The notes under the pieces were generated by a model. It did no database searches and was not told the origin of the DNA. It worked only from the letters and a program-made list of their open reading frames with translations. A stretch of 64,000 nt of DNA from IMG/VR virus record IMGVR_UViG_3300034062_003747, positions 1 to 64,000 of that record; one strand, given 5' to 3'. How positions within the stretch are numbered: the stretch's first letter is position 1; every line of letters begins with the position of its first letter. The translations under genes and the position numbers were made by a program. This DNA comes from a virus. Of the stretch, positions 18,784 through 28,736 are shown piece by piece.

Positions 18784-21700
18784 TTAATCAACCACTAAAA
18801 TTGGTTCTCCACTTCCTCTACCTGTATCTGAAACTTTTAGTATATTAGGGTTAGTTGTGAACGTTTGAACCGGTGCACCACCTAAAATATTAGTTGCAGC
18901 GGTTTGTTTGGACCCATTAAAATAACTATTTTGTAATCCGGTTGATAAATCACCAGTATTTCTATAATGGGTTGAGAAATACCCATTTAAAGGAGTTACC
19001 TCTACGATATTTCCACCGACTGCAGGAGCAGTGATTTCAAACCCATCGGAACCAGTAAATGGTAGTATAGTAACTTTTGTTCTATAAAACGGAGTCGAAA
19101 CTAATTGTGTTCCCATACTTTTATCTAACGCGTTTATGTTTTCAGGTATATTTTTTAAATAACTTTCTTTTATTAAAAATACTTTATTTCTTTCTTTTAT
19201 AAAATTACCCCAAACATCTATATATGTTCTAATTACATTTCCATCCGAACCAAACAACCCAAATCCGGCAACAGATAAAGAATTTTTATCTAATCCGATT
19301 TGAATAAATTCAGTTTGGTCGTATTCACCAGTTATCGAACCTGTTATTGTAGCATCAATATGTGCAAATATTCCACCCATTGTTTTGGTTGAATCGGTTG
19401 TAATTGTTCCAAACACGTTTGTAGTACTAAATGTATCTACTTCTCCATTATAAGAATTATTTGTTGCAACTAAATTTAAATCCTCCTGTGTTTGTATTTC
19501 AACAGAATATTGTGGGGTTGTTACATTTAAAGCAATTGCATTAGATGTGGAAATAAATGCATTTATATTTTGGTATGATGCAAATTGGTTTGTAGTTTCA
19601 TTAGTATCAATAGTAACTTCATGTTGAGCATTTACTGCGGATGGCTTGTTCCATTTAACTTTACTTCTTTCTAAAATATGTGGTTCAATTAATAAACCAG
19701 ATGAAACCTTTGCCCTTGCAGGAACTAATGATTCTAATGTTTCAAAAAGTGATTTATCAATATATCTTACTAATTGAATATATTCGTGAGTATTTAAATT
19801 ATATCGTTGAAAATAATAATTTCTTAAAGTAGCTAAATCTGAATATGAATCGCTATATTCATCTGCAGGATTACCAATATAATCATCTATATTAAATTCA
19901 CCCAAAGAACGTAGAATATCCATATTCACTTCTTTCATAGGTGAGAAAAATAATCCCAATCTATCCGTATCTATTGGTGCCTGGTCATATGATTTTTTAG
20001 TTGCTCTACTTTTATAGTTTAAATCTGATTCTAAAGTTTGTGTTTCAAAACGGAATTTATTTCCTACGGTCAATCCACTTGAAGGAACTTTTGCTGTTAC
20101 AGTTCTTTCATATGGAATGTAATTATATGGATAATCCGCTATTCCATCAGCTGGGTTTGATATATCAACTAATGGGAAATTATGAACACTTGCACTAGTT
20201 GCATAATTTTGTATAATTGCAACATTATTAATACTACCTCCTACACTTAAATCTTTTGGATATTCAAAATCTAAACGGAATAATAAATCAACCGATGATG
20301 CAGAAATATGTGAACCATCAATTGCATCTGGTAATAGAGTATGATTATCAATACGAGATTCTGGTAATGGTGTTCTCCATAAACGGAATTCATCTAATGA
20401 ACCGGTTAATCCTTCACCAACGTATAATATAGAACCACTTTTCCAAGTAGTTGAACCAATTGGTAATGGGTCTGAAATTTTGATTACTTCATTTCGGATT
20501 CTTCCTTGAAATCCTTCTTTTAAATATAATTCAAATACTTCAGTAGTAGAACCAGTTCTTCTATTTAAAACAATATTTGTATATGCATCATTGTAGAATG
20601 GCATATAATCAGTAGATACTGACGAGGCTGAATTGCTGCCTGTAATTTTAAATTCTAATTTAGCAAGAGAACCAGTGCCTGGTACTAAATCTAATACCCA
20701 TTTATCAGTTCTTAATAAACGTTGAGTAACACTACTTTGTAAAGTATTAATACTAAATTCAATTGCATTAGGAAAATCAGTTCCATTAGTATCAGAATAA
20801 TTTTTAAACGGAATTTGTAAGAATGAACCGGTTTCAAAGTGTAAAGCACAGGTTCTATCATCAAATGTAAATGTTGTAGTCGCATCAGATGATGGGTCTT
20901 GTGGTCCACCATATTCCATTATTGTTAACATGGATGTCGGGATACCATAACAAGCCATTGCTGCACTTAATGCCCTTTTTGTACCCTTATGTTTTAATAG
21001 GTATGGTAAGTTATTTAGTATTCGTCTCCATATTTGATGTTGACGAGATTTTCCACTCATTGATGATGAAGATGAACCATCTGAATTCTTACCGAATGCA
21101 TATTCCCATAGGTATTGAGATTGAACCCCCATATCGGCGTTCCAACCCAATGATTCTAGCATATGATATATTAAATCATTACCAATACCATCTTCGTATT
21201 TGTGTTCTAATTTTTTAGATTGTGCAATTCCTTTTGTATATGACCATAGGGTATCAAAGTGTTGACCCATCATATTCAAAAATAAAACAAACTCAGCATT
21301 TTCAGCATCGTTTGTAATATGTGCCGGAATATTATTTACTAATATATTTTTGTTATTGTAATCGTATTGTTGTGCATCATCTATGATTCCATTATACCAA
21401 TCGGTAACTGAAGAATCCGTAGATTGACTTACAGAATTACCTCCGGCACCGGGATATGTTAATTCATATGAACCAGATGTTGTGTAGAGATATTTTTCAA
21501 ATCCATCAAATCCGGCTTTAACTTTATTTTTACTTTCAACGTGTTTTTGTAATTCTAATGATGATGTTACCGAACCAGATATATATGATAAACTACTTGA
21601 TACAAAATTTATTTTAGTATCATAAAATTCAATTAATTCTACTTTATATAAAAAGTTTTTTACTCGTTCTTCTGCTGATGAGTATTTTACAAAATTAGAC

Positions 21701-23907
21701 CACGCATAAGTTGAACCACTTTCATACTGAATGTTTAAATTCTCTAATGAAAATTCGCTTGAACTTACATATGAGTTAATTAAATCAGTTGATGTGTTAG
21801 ACCCACTTGCTAATAAATCATCTAATATTTGATACCCAATTTCATCACCAATTGTTACATTAAAATTTGGTTTTAATGGAGTACAATCACTTTTTAATTC
21901 ATCAATAATAGTAACTTGTTCTATTATAGGAATTGATTGAATTTTAGATATCCATAATTGTTGGTTAGGTTGTATTTCACGAGGAAGAGGTTCGTATAAC
22001 TTTAAAACTAAAGATTTTTGTTCTTTAGATTTAGTACGAGTTCCTGTTTCTGCATCCGTTTTATATTCAGAAAAAGTTTCAGTATCAACTCCCCACGTCG
22101 CAATTAATTTATTATCACCATCACCTAAGTGTAGATAGTGAGTTAAAAATTTAGAAATTTCTTCCTCTAATATTTTTTCGTCTAAATTAATTTCAAACGC
22201 ACTTCTAATATCTGCAATTACTTTACCTCTTCGTAATTTTAAATCTCCCTTATCAAATAAAATAGAAATTCTTTCAATCTTACCTTCGGTTAATTCATCA
22301 CCTTCTTGATTAAATGGAATTAATAAAATTTCAAATTGAACCTTATCAGTATCTTCATTAAATTGATTTTGTGCTTTCTTTAAAACATCCTCTACATTTA
22401 ATGTAATTAATCCTGCAGGTGATAATTTACCAATTGCATATTGTTTATCATACTTTGAGACATACATCTCAATGTAGTTTGTATTAATTGATTGCCAACT
22501 AATATCAAACTCAACATTAAATCCTTTAAAATCCGCACCTTTAATATTCTGCGGATAATTAATATGGGTAATATCTGGTCCTGGTAGATAGTATTTGTTA
22601 ACTACATTAATTGTAATCTTTGTAGTCTGACCACTACCTGCTCTATCCGAACGAGGTTGTAGATAAACTACATAGTTACCAACCCCATTATAAAAATCGT
22701 TTTTAGATAAAACAAGTGAACCATTTGGGGATAGTGTACGCTGAGTAGACCCTAATGAATAGATAATCTCCGATGCATTAACACTATTATATGGTATGTT
22801 TAAATTATTATTACCTGCTATATTAAATTCAAACGATATACCCTCAGTTCGTAATGTAGGTGCATCTGCTTGGGGTATATTATCATTTGATTTTTTAGAT
22901 ACTGAAATATTAACTATTGCATCATCAATTCCTGGTTCTAATTTAAAATCTAATCTATCATACTTAACACTATTTCCTTTTGTAATTACTTCATATACAA
23001 CCGAATGTGTTTGTGTAGATAATCCATTTGAAATAAAATCAATACAGTAAGCACTATCTAAATTAGGTGAAAAATTAAATTCAGTTCTACCAGATATAAC
23101 GTTTCCTGTCACACCATTTGATATACGATATGATATTAAATCATTTTGATAAACATCACCATTTATTTGTATCCTTGCAAAAGCCTGAGGAAGTGGGTCA
23201 ATTGGTACTGGAAATGTTTTTAAATCAAATTTTAATGTCGTACTTAATACGGCATCAGTTTCAGTACTTTTTTCTAATATATTTTGTTGAATAAAATTAC
23301 CACCAATTAATTTTTCAATTATCAACTGATAATAGGTAAAATATACTACACTTTCATATACTTTTGGTCTTTCTACCCTTTTTCTAATTACTGCGTTTGG
23401 ATTATTAGGGTCTTCTTCAAATGTATAGCCAACCACATCATCAAATGGAATTTCTACAAGAGTTTGTTTTCTATTTTCTTTTTTTAGAGTATAAACCTTA
23501 TAAACATCTGAAGATTCTACTCCTGATTTTTGAAGTGTTATTTGTTTGGGAGTAAGTAATTCTTTTTGATTAAATCGTAATTCGGTAGGGGTTGATTTTA
23601 CATTTTGAATTACACCATCTACCAATACTATTCCATCTTGTGGATTAGATTGTATTCCAATTTGAATTTCTAAATTTTGTGTATTGTATACATCAGTTGG
23701 TGCATAGGTACATGAACCATCATTATATGTAGCAGATGAATCATAATTATTGGCACGTGGGTCAGTACAACCAAATTTTGGTGAAGTTGGATTTCCACCA
23801 CCTCCACTATTTGGTGCCGGTATATTATTACTCCCACCGCCGCTAAATGAACCACCAGTATCTACATACACCGCGTTTCCGTCATTTATATTATACCCAT
23901 TTGCCAT
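18784..23907 (-). CDS. Large baseplate wedge/structural protein
   Basis: 1707 aa. Contains LLKHKGT (P2 gpI/T4 wedge-like), a LamG-like GSLDEFRLW segment and an N-terminal GCTD...DGSC module. Confidence 0.65.
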   Translation of the reverse strand: MANGYNINDGNAVYVDTGGSFSGGGSNNIPAPNSGGGGNPTSPKFGCTDPRANNYDSSATYNDGSCTYAPTDVYNTQNLEIQIGIQSNPQDGIVLVDGVIQNVKSTPTELRFNQKELLTPKQITLQKSGVESSDVYKVYTLKKENRKQTLVEIPFDDVVGYTFEEDPNNPNAVIRKRVERPKVYESVVYFTYYQLIIEKLIGGNFIQQNILEKSTETDAVLSTTLKFDLKTFPVPIDPLPQAFARIQINGDVYQNDLISYRISNGVTGNVISGRTEFNFSPNLDSAYCIDFISNGLSTQTHSVVYEVITKGNSVKYDRLDFKLEPGIDDAIVNISVSKKSNDNIPQADAPTLRTEGISFEFNIAGNNNLNIPYNSVNASEIIYSLGSTQRTLSPNGSLVLSKNDFYNGVGNYVVYLQPRSDRAGSGQTTKITINVVNKYYLPGPDITHINYPQNIKGADFKGFNVEFDISWQSINTNYIEMYVSKYDKQYAIGKLSPAGLITLNVEDVLKKAQNQFNEDTDKVQFEILLIPFNQEGDELTEGKIERISILFDKGDLKLRRGKVIADIRSAFEINLDEKILEEEISKFLTHYLHLGDGDNKLIATWGVDTETFSEYKTDAETGTRTKSKEQKSLVLKLYEPLPREIQPNQQLWISKIQSIPIIEQVTIIDELKSDCTPLKPNFNVTIGDEIGYQILDDLLASGSNTSTDLINSYVSSSEFSLENLNIQYESGSTYAWSNFVKYSSAEERVKNFLYKVELIEFYDTKINFVSSSLSYISGSVTSSLELQKHVESKNKVKAGFDGFEKYLYTTSGSYELTYPGAGGNSVSQSTDSSVTDWYNGIIDDAQQYDYNNKNILVNNIPAHITNDAENAEFVLFLNMMGQHFDTLWSYTKGIAQSKKLEHKYEDGIGNDLIYHMLESLGWNADMGVQSQYLWEYAFGKNSDGSSSSSMSGKSRQHQIWRRILNNLPYLLKHKGTKRALSAAMACYGIPTSMLTIMEYGGPQDPSSDATTTFTFDDRTCALHFETGSFLQIPFKNYSDTNGTDFPNAIEFSINTLQSSVTQRLLRTDKWVLDLVPGTGSLAKLEFKITGSNSASSVSTDYMPFYNDAYTNIVLNRRTGSTTEVFELYLKEGFQGRIRNEVIKISDPLPIGSTTWKSGSILYVGEGLTGSLDEFRLWRTPLPESRIDNHTLLPDAIDGSHISASSVDLLFRLDFEYPKDLSVGGSINNVAIIQNYATSASVHNFPLVDISNPADGIADYPYNYIPYERTVTAKVPSSGLTVGNKFRFETQTLESDLNYKSRATKKSYDQAPIDTDRLGLFFSPMKEVNMDILRSLGEFNIDDYIGNPADEYSDSYSDLATLRNYYFQRYNLNTHEYIQLVRYIDKSLFETLESLVPARAKVSSGLLIEPHILERSKVKWNKPSAVNAQHEVTIDTNETTNQFASYQNINAFISTSNAIALNVTTPQYSVEIQTQEDLNLVATNNSYNGEVDTFSTTNVFGTITTDSTKTMGGIFAHIDATITGSITGEYDQTEFIQIGLDKNSLSVAGFGLFGSDGNVIRTYIDVWGNFIKERNKVFLIKESYLKNIPENINALDKSMGTQLVSTPFYRTKVTILPFTGSDGFEITAPAVGGNIVEVTPLNGYFSTHYRNTGDLSTGLQNSYFNGSKQTAATNILGGAPVQTFTTNPNILKVSDTGRGSGEPILVVD

Positions 23908-23925
23908 AGTTATCTATCCTCGTCT

Positions 23926-23934
23926 TATAAATAT
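23926..23934 (-). promoter_or_regulatory. Putative late promoter motif ATATTTATA
   Basis: In the 28-nt intergenic gap upstream of 23907. Confidence 0.55.
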
Positions 23935-23935
23935 G

Positions 23936-24775
23936 TTATAGATATAAAAATGGTTGTATCATTTTTTCATTCAATAAATAATCATATGTATTTTTAATAT
24001 TACCACCAATTGTTTTATGCTTTTCTACTAATAATTTAATTCCGTTTATTTTTATATCATTTATAAATTTATCATTACCCTGCCAGTGAGAATATGAATT
24101 ATGCCAATCTGGTCTAATTTCATCATACTCTAATGAATAATAATCAATTAATCTTTCTAACAAATGTTCACATATTAAATGTGAAATCAATGATTTATGA
24201 GAATCCAATTCATCATTTGCTTCAACTAATATGTTTTTATTTTCAAAATACCAATTTCTTAATTTTTCATATGATTCAATAAAATATTGAAGTAATCCAT
24301 TATTTTCTTTCCAATAAATTAGATTAGTTGAAAAACTTCGTTTTGATTCTATGTTCCATTCTGGTATTAGTGATGTAAACGTATTTAAGTTATTCAAAGT
24401 ATTTAATCCAATTTCAATCTCATTCGTTGCCGGTTTTTTTACTATTTCATCAAATGATAAAAATGTTTTTGAGTTTCTATTAAAAATTAATGGAGAATAC
24501 AAAAACATATCACCATCAATTGTTATATACTCATCATTTCTAGTTTTCCAAATATAAATTTTCAAATCATCAAATAAAATATATTCAATATTATCTATAT
24601 TGTGTACTTCATCTACATAATTACCCAATCTATCAACGGCATCTGTTGTACCATATAATACTGTTTGATATCCTAAATCCTTAGCCATTTGTATTGAAAC
24701 ATAAAACATATCATACACATATTGACCATGTGGGGTTAATGGGTTTTTATTTGCTAAACTCCATATTAATTTCAT
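23936..24775 (-). CDS. Hypothetical protein, possibly GT-A-like (DxD motif)
   Basis: YITIDGDMFL DxD context, followed by ICEH and YSHWQG motifs. Confidence 0.4.
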   Translation of the reverse strand: MKLIWSLANKNPLTPHGQYVYDMFYVSIQMAKDLGYQTVLYGTTDAVDRLGNYVDEVHNIDNIEYILFDDLKIYIWKTRNDEYITIDGDMFLYSPLIFNRNSKTFLSFDEIVKKPATNEIEIGLNTLNNLNTFTSLIPEWNIESKRSFSTNLIYWKENNGLLQYFIESYEKLRNWYFENKNILVEANDELDSHKSLISHLICEHLLERLIDYYSLEYDEIRPDWHNSYSHWQGNDKFINDIKINGIKLLVEKHKTIGGNIKNTYDYLLNEKMIQPFLYL

Positions 24776-24780
24776 ATAAT

Positions 24781-26592
24781 TTACGTTGTATTAAAATTAT
24801 TTGGATTATAATTTACATTATTGATATCACCACCTTGTGAATATCCGGCACCACCGAATGTATTTCCTCCACCACCACCCGTTGTAGGAGTGGTTGGAGT
24901 AGTCGGTGTAGTTATACCACCACATGGACCTATAAATGTAACTCGCACGTTTGGTCCTTCGGATATAGTATTTTCAACTGCACATATTTCTACTTCTTGG
25001 CCGGGTAGTAATCCATTTATTGTAGCAGGTGCACCTGATGAATCTTTATAAAATATAGGAACAGATACTCCGTTATTATAGTTATACCCATTGTTATTAT
25101 ATTGGTATCCATTATATCCAGTTCCACCATACGAATCGTATCCATTATAACCATATGGATTATAGGTATAATATGAATCATTTAAAACTCTATATAACCC
25201 CGTAGTTAATACTTCTCTAATTTTTGGTACTTCTCTTACATCACCACTAAATGATTCAATTGTTTGATATGTAATTGTCAATGAATCATATTCTCTACCA
25301 AATACGTTAGTTTGTTTATTACCATTCGCATCAGTAAATATTATTCCACCCTCTGAAGACCAAACATAGAATGTTTTGGTTATTGTTGATGGTTTAGTTG
25401 CATCTGCATATTTACAAGAACCATCATCCATAACTGCAAATTTATTATAATTTAAAGCAGATGAATCCATACATCCTTTAACCTTTTCTATTGGGGTTGC
25501 ATCTTGTATTGGATTATATTGACATGAACCATCTGATTCAGTTGCTAATGGATTATAGTTTTTAGCATTTTTATCAGTACACCCTCTAACCACTCCTTGT
25601 TTATTACCTATACCATTAGTCTCATTTGCGTTAGCACTAATTATTGATTTTAAAATCTCTTTAGTTGCATCTAATGTGATTTGCTCTTCTTTTGTTAATA
25701 TGTTATCTTCTTGTATATCTTGTTTAGGTAAATAAAAACTTATAATTTGAATAAGTGAACTAATTATAAATTCTTTTATTTTAACTATTGATAATTCTAT
25801 TGGTTTTGGGGTAGAAAGCGGTTTACCATAATTAAGAGAGGTTATATTAGTATCTCTATTACCAACAAAATGTTTAGTAGTTTCAATTAATTTTTCTCTA
25901 ATTGTATTTATAAAATTTTCCCAATTCTGAATTTTAAATTCGGTTTGAATTAATTTTCTATATTGTTCTCCTTCCGCAATCGTTCCCTTTTGCATTAAGA
26001 ATGATTTCAGAATATTTTCTACTTTTAATGATTGTACAAATGGTTCTACAAAATAAATCGTATCATCTTTAAATTGACCATCTTTTAATAAAATATTTAA
26101 TCTGATATCCAAATCTTCAATTGTATTTTCATTAACATCTTTTAATGGTAAAACTCTAATTTCAGTTCGTGATGGTGATATTTCATGTATCCATAATTTA
26201 TCCTTATCAATTGTTTCAGAACCAACTCTTCTATTTAATAGAGTTGTTTGAGTTTTAAATATACCATTAGAATATCCAGAATCTCTTACTAATTTTTCAG
26301 TATCAATAATATATTCTCTAGCACCATTGGTTTTTATATTAGATTTGTTTTCACTAAAAATAAAATATTTTGTAATATTTGCATCATCTAAGAAAATATA
26401 TCTAACTAAATCCCCATTCTCACCTTGTGGTAACAAATTATCACTTGAATCATATAAGATAAATTCAATAGTATCGGCATCACCTAACCCAAAGTAAGAT
26501 TTGGCAACTTCTTTTTCAAAAATTGCTCTATCTTTACTATCAACTTTGTAGCCTTTTTTTTCTACTATTTCTTTGAATTGATTTATTGCCAT
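24781..26592 (-). CDS. Virion structural protein with two GCxD..A.NY...A...DGSC modules
   Basis: EISPSRTEIR motif, two Cys-bounded repeats and a G/N/Y low-complexity tail; baseplate operon context. Confidence 0.6.
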   Translation of the reverse strand: MAINQFKEIVEKKGYKVDSKDRAIFEKEVAKSYFGLGDADTIEFILYDSSDNLLPQGENGDLVRYIFLDDANITKYFIFSENKSNIKTNGAREYIIDTEKLVRDSGYSNGIFKTQTTLLNRRVGSETIDKDKLWIHEISPSRTEIRVLPLKDVNENTIEDLDIRLNILLKDGQFKDDTIYFVEPFVQSLKVENILKSFLMQKGTIAEGEQYRKLIQTEFKIQNWENFINTIREKLIETTKHFVGNRDTNITSLNYGKPLSTPKPIELSIVKIKEFIISSLIQIISFYLPKQDIQEDNILTKEEQITLDATKEILKSIISANANETNGIGNKQGVVRGCTDKNAKNYNPLATESDGSCQYNPIQDATPIEKVKGCMDSSALNYNKFAVMDDGSCKYADATKPSTITKTFYVWSSEGGIIFTDANGNKQTNVFGREYDSLTITYQTIESFSGDVREVPKIREVLTTGLYRVLNDSYYTYNPYGYNGYDSYGGTGYNGYQYNNNGYNYNNGVSVPIFYKDSSGAPATINGLLPGQEVEICAVENTISEGPNVRVTFIGPCGGITTPTTPTTPTTGGGGGNTFGGAGYSQGGDINNVNYNPNNFNTT

Positions 26593-27668
26593 GCTAGTAT
26601 TTTTCTTTTACTCATTTGTTTATTATAAACATAATAACAATATTGTTTACCAACCTTATGAATTATTTTTCCTATCCAATTATCATTAGGTAGGATTCCA
26701 ACTTCGTATGCCATATGTTCTGTCCACGGCTTTACCATTGTGTAAATCCATTTTGTATATTGTGGTTTTGCTTTCATAAACCCAACCACATTCTTAGCCC
26801 ACATCATATATCCTAAAACTAATGATGGGTCTTTCTTAAACATCATTTCACCATATAACTCATCCGCGTTCCAAATATGTTGAGGTAAGAATCCTTGTTT
26901 GTAAAGTTCATTACAAATAATTTTCTTTTTCTTAGTAGTTGCAGCAGTAAGTTGTTGATTAGCAGTTGCTGCTGCTGCACTTGCCTGTGATGCTTGTAGT
27001 TGAGCTGATGCTAATAGTTGTTGTGCGTTTGTAACTTGAGTTTGTAAGTTTGTAGCTCTATCATTTGCACTATCTAATTGAGTTGTTAAATTTTTTTGTA
27101 ATTCATCAAAGGTTACTTTCTCAGCCTGTAATCCCCTAAGTTGTGCTTCTAATGAAACCCTCTCAATACCTTCTTTAATACCTTTTGAAAGTGCGTTTTG
27201 AAAATCTTGAATTAGTGAAACATATTTATTATTTGTAATTTCAGATTCATTTTCAGCCGATGCTCTTAATAATCTTTCTACATCTATTTGAGTAGCCAAT
27301 GCCTCGTTTGCAGTATTTAGGGTTTCAATCTCAGCCAGGGCATCACTTAATTGTTTACTTAAATCAGTATTTTTTGCTAATGATTCATTATATAATGCTT
27401 CTAATCTATCGTATGTTTTTTGAGGAACAACTTTTGGTTGTGGTTTTGCAGGTGCTGCTATTAATTCATCAACAACTACATTAACTGCCTTTTTTAATTG
27501 CTCTTCGTTATACTTTGGTCTTTCAACATATCCAGAGGTTTCACCATCAAAATCTTCAGCAGTGGGTTTGACATAAAAAGTATGATTACCTTGCTCATCT
27601 TGAGAGGTAATCACAGCAGAACCACTTGATATTAATTCTGAAACTCTAAATTCGTTTTGTAATGACAT
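26583..27668 (-). CDS. Coiled-coil virion protein with C-terminal KIICxELY domain
   Basis: Long heptad region, A/Q-rich linker, then KKIICNELYKQG...GYMMWA. Confidence 0.55.
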   Translation of the reverse strand: MSLQNEFRVSELISSGSAVITSQDEQGNHTFYVKPTAEDFDGETSGYVERPKYNEEQLKKAVNVVVDELIAAPAKPQPKVVPQKTYDRLEALYNESLAKNTDLSKQLSDALAEIETLNTANEALATQIDVERLLRASAENESEITNNKYVSLIQDFQNALSKGIKEGIERVSLEAQLRGLQAEKVTFDELQKNLTTQLDSANDRATNLQTQVTNAQQLLASAQLQASQASAAAATANQQLTAATTKKKKIICNELYKQGFLPQHIWNADELYGEMMFKKDPSLVLGYMMWAKNVVGFMKAKPQYTKWIYTMVKPWTEHMAYEVGILPNDNWIGKIIHKVGKQYCYYVYNKQMSKRKILAWQ

Positions 27669-27671
27669 ATT

Positions 27672-28736
27672 TTATTTCTCTATTGTAAACGTTAAATCTT
27701 TATCTGAAAAATATTCTATTACACCACTTCTATCTATTTTTATTTCAACATAATAACTTCTATTAGTTTCCCAATTTGTTAAATTTAATTTAAAATAATT
27801 TCCGTTACTATTACAACTTACTTTTGTATAATCACTAAATGGAACAATAATTTCATCAGTAATCACATCTTTAATTTGATAATAAGTTGTAGATGGTAAA
27901 TATTTTATATCGTTATATGCAAAGGTATTTGAATAAGTTTTAAGTGGATATTTTTCTCTAGCAAAAACTCCAATTTCAATAATACTTCCTACTTTATATT
28001 TTGTTTTTAATTTTTTAAATGTTACATGAATATCATCAGAAGTCAGTTGAGTTAACGAACCGGTTACAAATGACTGGTCATTCCAACCAATTCTAACTTT
28101 TGGTTGATATATGGTATTGGTTTCTTTTGAAAAGAATTTCAATTGTCCGTAATCTTCCTCATCGTTTTCTAATACACTTGAATGTCTTAAAATCATACCC
28201 TCATTTGGTAAAGAACCCGATATCCAAGAAGTAAACATAGTTTTTACATTCATATTGATATCTGCACTTTGATAACTAAATGATTGTGATGTTGCTGAAC
28301 CCGTCCACCATACTCCACCCTTACCATTGTACGAGCCGGTTACACTACCTGTAATATATAATTCATTTGTAATCCAATCTACTCCAGTTGTTCTATGATT
28401 CCAAGTAACACCATCCGTTGAGATATCATCAAAACGAGTACCAATTCCCATATCCCAACTTTGTGTAATTGGATTTGCATAGATTACATAATCTATTGGT
28501 ATTTCATTTGCTTCACATTCTCTAAGAATTAATTCTGCAGAACTCATAGTAACTGCACCACTAGCAAGAGATGCAGAAAGAGCAGTTGTTTCAAACTTTA
28601 TTAAAGTATGGGCAACATCTTTTAAATTTCCATAGTATACTTTAGAAATTTCTAATATCTCATCTAAACCAGTGTTTTGAGTTGGTTGTTGTAAATAGAT
28701 TGTTGCATCTTTTGATGCTGTTAAAAAAGTATACAT
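27672..28736 (-). CDS. Virion structural protein (DNRLRE-like beta-sandwich)
   Basis: ASKDATIY...NTGLDEILE...LIKF...SWDMGIG pattern; adjacent to the gp6-like gene. Confidence 0.6.
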   Translation of the reverse strand: MYTFLTASKDATIYLQQPTQNTGLDEILEISKVYYGNLKDVAHTLIKFETTALSASLASGAVTMSSAELILRECEANEIPIDYVIYANPITQSWDMGIGTRFDDISTDGVTWNHRTTGVDWITNELYITGSVTGSYNGKGGVWWTGSATSQSFSYQSADINMNVKTMFTSWISGSLPNEGMILRHSSVLENDEEDYGQLKFFSKETNTIYQPKVRIGWNDQSFVTGSLTQLTSDDIHVTFKKLKTKYKVGSIIEIGVFAREKYPLKTYSNTFAYNDIKYLPSTTYYQIKDVITDEIIVPFSDYTKVSCNSNGNYFKLNLTNWETNRSYYVEIKIDRSGVIEYFSDKDLTFTIEK

